Source of the DNA: Felis catus
Taxonomy: Eukaryota
Length of the DNA: 64,000 nucleotides
Assembly: GCF_018350175.1 (NCBI RefSeq)
Contig: NC_058368.1
Coordinates: 78,370,001-78,434,000, forward strand
Direction of reading: 5' to 3'
The notes under the pieces were generated by a model. It made no database searches, was not told the DNA's origin, and saw only the letters and a list, made by a program, of their open reading frames with translations. The position numbers and the translations under genes were made by a program. Below are positions 59,071 to 64,000 of this stretch, in pieces (the stretch's first letter is position 1; each line of letters starts with the position of its first letter).

Positions 59071-61857
59071 CATCCCTGTGATATTTCCCTACCTCCTGCT
59101 CATGATGTTTTTTTTTTTTTTTTCATCATAGGTGGAAACAGCGTCTGGCGAAGGGGAAACTTACCTAGAATTACACTTGGGGTCTTTAACATTCTTCCAT
59201 ATTTTTTGTCCACTGGATCTCTCGGCACCAAGAGTGTGTCACTATTTAGCTTCCACCTCCCACAGTTTCTGTCTCATGAAGGAGTAAATGTGTGATTTAG
59301 TGTCTACGTATTCATGCCTTCTGGGTCTTAATATAAAATATTTAAAGTAATGAAATGGTATTTAATTTGTTTCACTGAAGGCTTTTGATTCAAATTCTAC
59401 TTTGTCTCTATCAGGATCGACGTTCCAACATTTTCGTTATTTCCACGGGCCTTGTGTGCTTTGTACCTCCTTTCGTGTTAGCTGTGCTGAATCACCGTTC
59501 GGCGTGTGTCTCTCGTGTGTGTGTGGCATGTAACCTAGTCTTGCTATTGATGGCACTGATATGATTGGCCTCAGCTCTGTCATGTTATTTTTGTTGAAAC
59601 TGTTGCTTTTTCCTTGATGTAGTTTTGCTAAAGGCATGATGCTTTGTGGGTCTATTTGTCCCTCTTGGTGATCTGCATAGAGTTTGGGAAGATATGCAAA
59701 GTGACGCAGATTTAAGTGACTGTCATTACCTTAGTCACCCAGAAGTTCCCCACCACCAACACTTCCTTTTAACACATATCTTTCCTTCTGTCTTCTCAAA
59801 AAAAGCTATAAAAAGCCCAAATACCTTTTGAATGTCCAAAACTGCTACTTTCATTTGTCCTGTGTTTTTTGGTAAAAAAAAAAATTAATAAGGCCTTTTA
59901 TAAAGAAATTAAAATGTATCTGACATTTTCAAAAAGCCAAGCATAATAAAGAGCATTATTTATACCAGGAAAGTCAATTCTGTCAATATTAATATGTAAA
60001 TTTGCTAAAATTTAAAACAACAATTACAAGAGTTTATCCAATTTGCAATTGGATGAAATGATCTTCAAATTCGTATGAAAATGCAAATGTTCCAGAATAG
60101 CCAACAAAACTTTTTGAAAAGTCTATTTGTCAGGCTGTCAGCAGATATTACAAAGCTAGTGGAATCGGCTCAATGTGGTGTTGGCATAGGGATAGATAAA
60201 TAGATCTGTTTAACCCAAGAGCAAACCAAATAATTTTAGCCATATGAAATCCAGGAATTACACCCAATATACATGAGATAAAGTACCGGACAAAAATGGT
60301 ATTTGAGTTCCGTGGAGCAAGGGTGGCTTATCTGACAAGTGGTACTGACCCAGCTGCCCATCCACATGGAAGAGAGAATCTTAGACCACGGAGCCATGGG
60401 TCCCAGTAGAGGTCAGAGGGAACGGAGGTGGTCAGGCCAGCAAGCGACGTGGCTTTCAGACTGTGGAAGTCTTCCCATGTCACAGAGGGAGTAAAATTGA
60501 ACCTTGTAGGAAAGCAGGGACTGTTTTTCCTATTAGGCAGAAAGAAGACAACCGCATGTGTTTTAAGACAGAGTTGGCAGACATGTGAAGAATCTGTTGG
60601 AGGGGAGAGACTTCTTGTGGCAAGAAACTGCGCAAGAGGGCTTGGGGAGACAAGGCGTGGGGATGTAGTGTCTCAAGACTCAGTTGCCGAGCTCTACCAA
60701 CTGGGAAAAAACCCCTGAGACAGAATTTACCTGCTGTGTCATTTTGCCAAGAGACTCATTCTCTTCCCCTGCCATATACCTTTCAAGAAAATTCCTGGTC
60801 CCGAGTTCTTTCTCTCCTGTTTGACAGCTGCATTGACCCACAGGATGCAGAACGTGTTCTTAGCTACCGAAGGTCTCTTTCCAAGCATAAGGGAAGGTGA
60901 GAGCCCCAGTGCTGCTTCACGTCAATGAGTGATGACACCGACTGGCAGGACTACGTTTCTATCCACAACTTGTAGTCAGCAGCTGGTTGTCTGAGGGAGC
61001 AGGTGAAACCCAGTCGGACACAACAGACCTCCAGCTGTTTGACTGGGATGGCTGAGGTGTAAATCTTTCCAATAATAAAGCCCAGATTAAGCTCGAAATC
61101 TAGTAACATTTCATGATGCCAAAGGCCTTCGTAAAAACATGGAACATAGAACCGAACGCAATGTTGAAAATAAATGTCTTCGTGTCTTTGGGCTATTATG
61201 AGGATTTCTGTTTCATGTTTTGCAAACCATACTATGACTATCTTGAAAGATCTAAAGAGCAATGCCTTCTCTTTCCTCTTAGGCTTCCTATCATGATTCT
61301 CTTTATCATCATTATTATTGTTACATTAATTTTTCGATAAATACTTTGTGCCAGGGATTTTAATGGGAGTATTTATTCTCATTATATTCTTCAATTTCAG
61401 GTCATTTTACTCCCGGAATGATATTTATTTAGTAGCAAGATTAGTCATTTTTCTATAGTCACACGGCTAAGAAGTGAAAACTTTGCCATTTAACGCAAGT
61501 GTACGTAACCCAAGGAACACACTCTACCACGTTATATTTCCTCCCAGTCAGGCCAAAGCAACTAGTTCAAATAGAGAAAAGTCAGAGTAATTTTGGTCAG
61601 GCATTTTCCCTTTATTGCAAATTGCTTTTGTGCCAGTAATCTTAATTCAGTTGGGTGAGTCGTCTAGTCATGTTGATGTGAGCACTGAATCAGAAGAGGG
61701 TGACACCATCTCCAGCTTTTTTCCTTATACCCATGCTTACTGGCCAAATTTAGAATGCAGCAGTCATGACACTATTATTTAGGACAAGCTATTACATTTT
61801 TGAAACGTCTGTTTACTCATCAATGGTTGCTGTAGACATTGAACAGGAATAGATGTA

Positions 61858-62090
61858 GGGACACCTGGGTGGTGTCCTTTTCACCACCAGTCATTTTCGC
61901 ATCCGCCTTCGGCTCAGGTCATGATCTCGTGGTCCGTGAGTTCGAGCCCCGTGTCAGGCTCTGTGCTGACAGCTCGGAGCCTGAAACCTGCTTCAGATTC
62001 TGTGTCTCCCTCTCTCTCTGCCCCTTCCCTGTTCTCTCTCTCTCTCTCTCTCTCTTAAAAATAAATAAACATTAAAAAAATTAAGAAAAA
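61858..62090 (+). mobile_element. Can-SINE with rearranged A-box region
   Basis: TSD GAATAGATGTA; body otherwise standard. Confidence 0.9.
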
Positions 62091-62240
62091 AGAATAGATG
62101 TAAACAAATCTAGAGAATAATACCCACTAAGAAAGCAACAATCTCCTTCCTCTCCATCATACTTACCCCCTCAGATCTAGAGTGTTCTTAGACCCCTAAA
62201 AGTTTATTCTTAACATTTTAAATAATGCTTTTGTGGTGAG

Positions 62241-63136
62241 TGATGAAGTTTTGGGGTGATGGCGGGGTGGTCTGGAGCCGACGGCCAAGAAAGAATTCTT
62301 GAAGAGGTCTTTGGTGCAAAAAAGGTGATGTTATTAAAGCACGGGGACAAGACCCGTGGCCAGGTAGAGCTGCGCTGGTTCCTGATGGGTTAACTCATTA
62401 TTATCTACCCTTGGGTTGGGAGGGCGTTAGGGATAGAGTAAGTGTTTAAGGTATTTTAGAAGCAAGGTTTCCAGGACCTTGAGGGGCTAGCTGTTGCCAG
62501 GGAAATGCCACTTATATTACCGTTCAATAAAACCTCAGTTACGAGACCCTTCAGATGCATATTGGGGGGTCATAAGCTTATAGCATGATCGCCAGCATGT
62601 ATCTTGGGGCAGTTGAGATAAAGGAAATAGGCTTACAGGGTCATTGAGGTTGGGATCGTGTGAAGCCAAGATTCTCTTTTGTCCCCAGAAAAGTGTCATC
62701 ATCGAGGCAGCTGAGGGAGGTCACTCTACCAGTCTCAAGGACTTGTCAGTGAGCTGTAGGCAGTAAGGGAATTTACATTTTCATTTGCCTTAGTTTCCCA
62801 CATCACCATGGCAAGCACTTAAACCCCTTACATCTTAATGAGGGTGATATCAGGGCCTCAGGAGACAGAGTCTATAGGTTTCCGGAGATTGGGCTCTGGA
62901 TAAATTGCCTTTTTCTTGCAGTTTAGTAAGTTACCAGTAAACTGAAGGGGACCGCTGTCCTGAATGACTGTGATCGCTATCAGTCAACCATCTGCTTTCT
63001 TTCCTTTTTTCTTTCCCCTGTTCTTGGGCGGCCAGGAGTGTCTGAGGAGTGTCACACAGATCCCACCTGGCAGGGGTGGGGGGAGGGTAAGGTTAGCCTG
63101 TACTCTGCCTTCAATTTGCCCCATGCTCCCTCATCA
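62241..63136 (-). mobile_element. ERV solo LTR, 896 bp, with intact termini and TSD
   Basis: Termini TGATGA...TCATCA; 5-bp TSD GTGAG (62236-62240, 63137-63141); orientation inferred from a degenerate minus-strand poly(A) signal near 62330. Confidence 0.85.
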
Positions 63137-64000
63137 GTGAGGATGGCATTTAACCCCCCAAATGAACATTTTATAGTGGAATCTCAGTACTAGAGTAAAC
63201 AGAGGGCGAAACTGATAGGTTGTAAGATACTCTTGGAACATTTTCAGATCTCAGTCACCTGGCATCTGTTTCTTTAAAAGTCCCACGAAATGGAAGTTCG
63301 GGCTAGCGGTCATTGACGCAGTCTGGCATTTTAAAGAAGGGACAGAGCAAGACAAGTGCATAGAGAGCTGAAGGCAAAATTTTTCTAAATGCAAACGTAC
63401 AAAGCTTGGCAAGAAAACGGTGAGGACATAATGAGAAAGAAACCATTCTGATAGGCAGCTTTGAACTTGTTAGTGTTTAATATTGTCATTTTTATCTCTT
63501 GAGGTCATAGTGTTAATAATAATTTTTAAATCCATTCGGACTGATATAAATCAATTAGTCATTCTGGATTGTCTCAGCTCGACAAGCAGGGGCTGGGGTG
63601 GAAATAAAGGATGCCCTTAAATGCCAAGGGGCAGAAGCCCCACATGACCCAGAACAAGAAGAGATCCAGAGAATTCAGTATTCAGGTTCGATTTTTCCGG
63701 AAAGTGGCAGATGTGCATTGTAGTGGTCTGTGGATGGAAATCGTGCGATTCTCTCGCTAAAGACTTCGGTGTGGTTCCTCCAGAAAACAATTCACTGCCT
63801 CCCCCCACTATAGCTTATCTTTTCGTCCTTTGGGGATACCATTCTTTATTCAAAGAGACCAAGTTTCATTTGGCTGTGTTTCAAAGAACCTGGAATTCTA
63901 TGAGGACCAGAGGAGAAAGGACGCCATTGTGCCTTGGCAATTTGTTAGCCTGAAAATAGAGCTCAAAGTCTCTGTCAAGTGCAGTGCTTTCTTGGGTAAT

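Noticed and set aside
3223..62090. tRNA-like A/B boxes and recurring short ORFs (MAQSVKRPT..., GQRETEHERGRG...)
   Set aside because: All are parts of tRNA-derived Can-SINEs, not tRNA genes, a protein family or a CRISPR-like array

Overview
Eukaryotic (felid) genomic DNA, judged from about 30 carnivore tRNA-derived Can-SINEs including young, near-identical cat-type copies and cat-type L1 3' ends. The window holds one complete protein-coding gene, TNFSF13B (BAFF/BLyS), on the + strand. Its six coding exons (5101-5436, 5530-5617, 22761-22817, 33267-33379, 33465-33615, 37136-37248) all have GT-AG junctions and total 858 nt, or 285 aa plus stop. The protein has a transmembrane segment, an RRKR furin site and an intact TNF homology domain. 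The rest is intronic or intergenic sequence with SINEs, L1/L2/MIR fragments, solo LTRs and microsatellites. Almost all ORFs in the supplied track are repeat or GC artefacts. I found no convincing new multi-gene system. The most interesting signals are gene-regulatory: proximal poly(A) signals (one SINE-donated) upstream of miR-15/16 sites in the 3' UTR, a stop-free in-frame intron 1, an in-frame upstream ATG, a strongly GC-shifted 5' end, and inverted SINEs around skippable exons. There are also several unusual retrotransposition or repair scars. Comparisons with human BAFF are from memory and need alignment to confirm.
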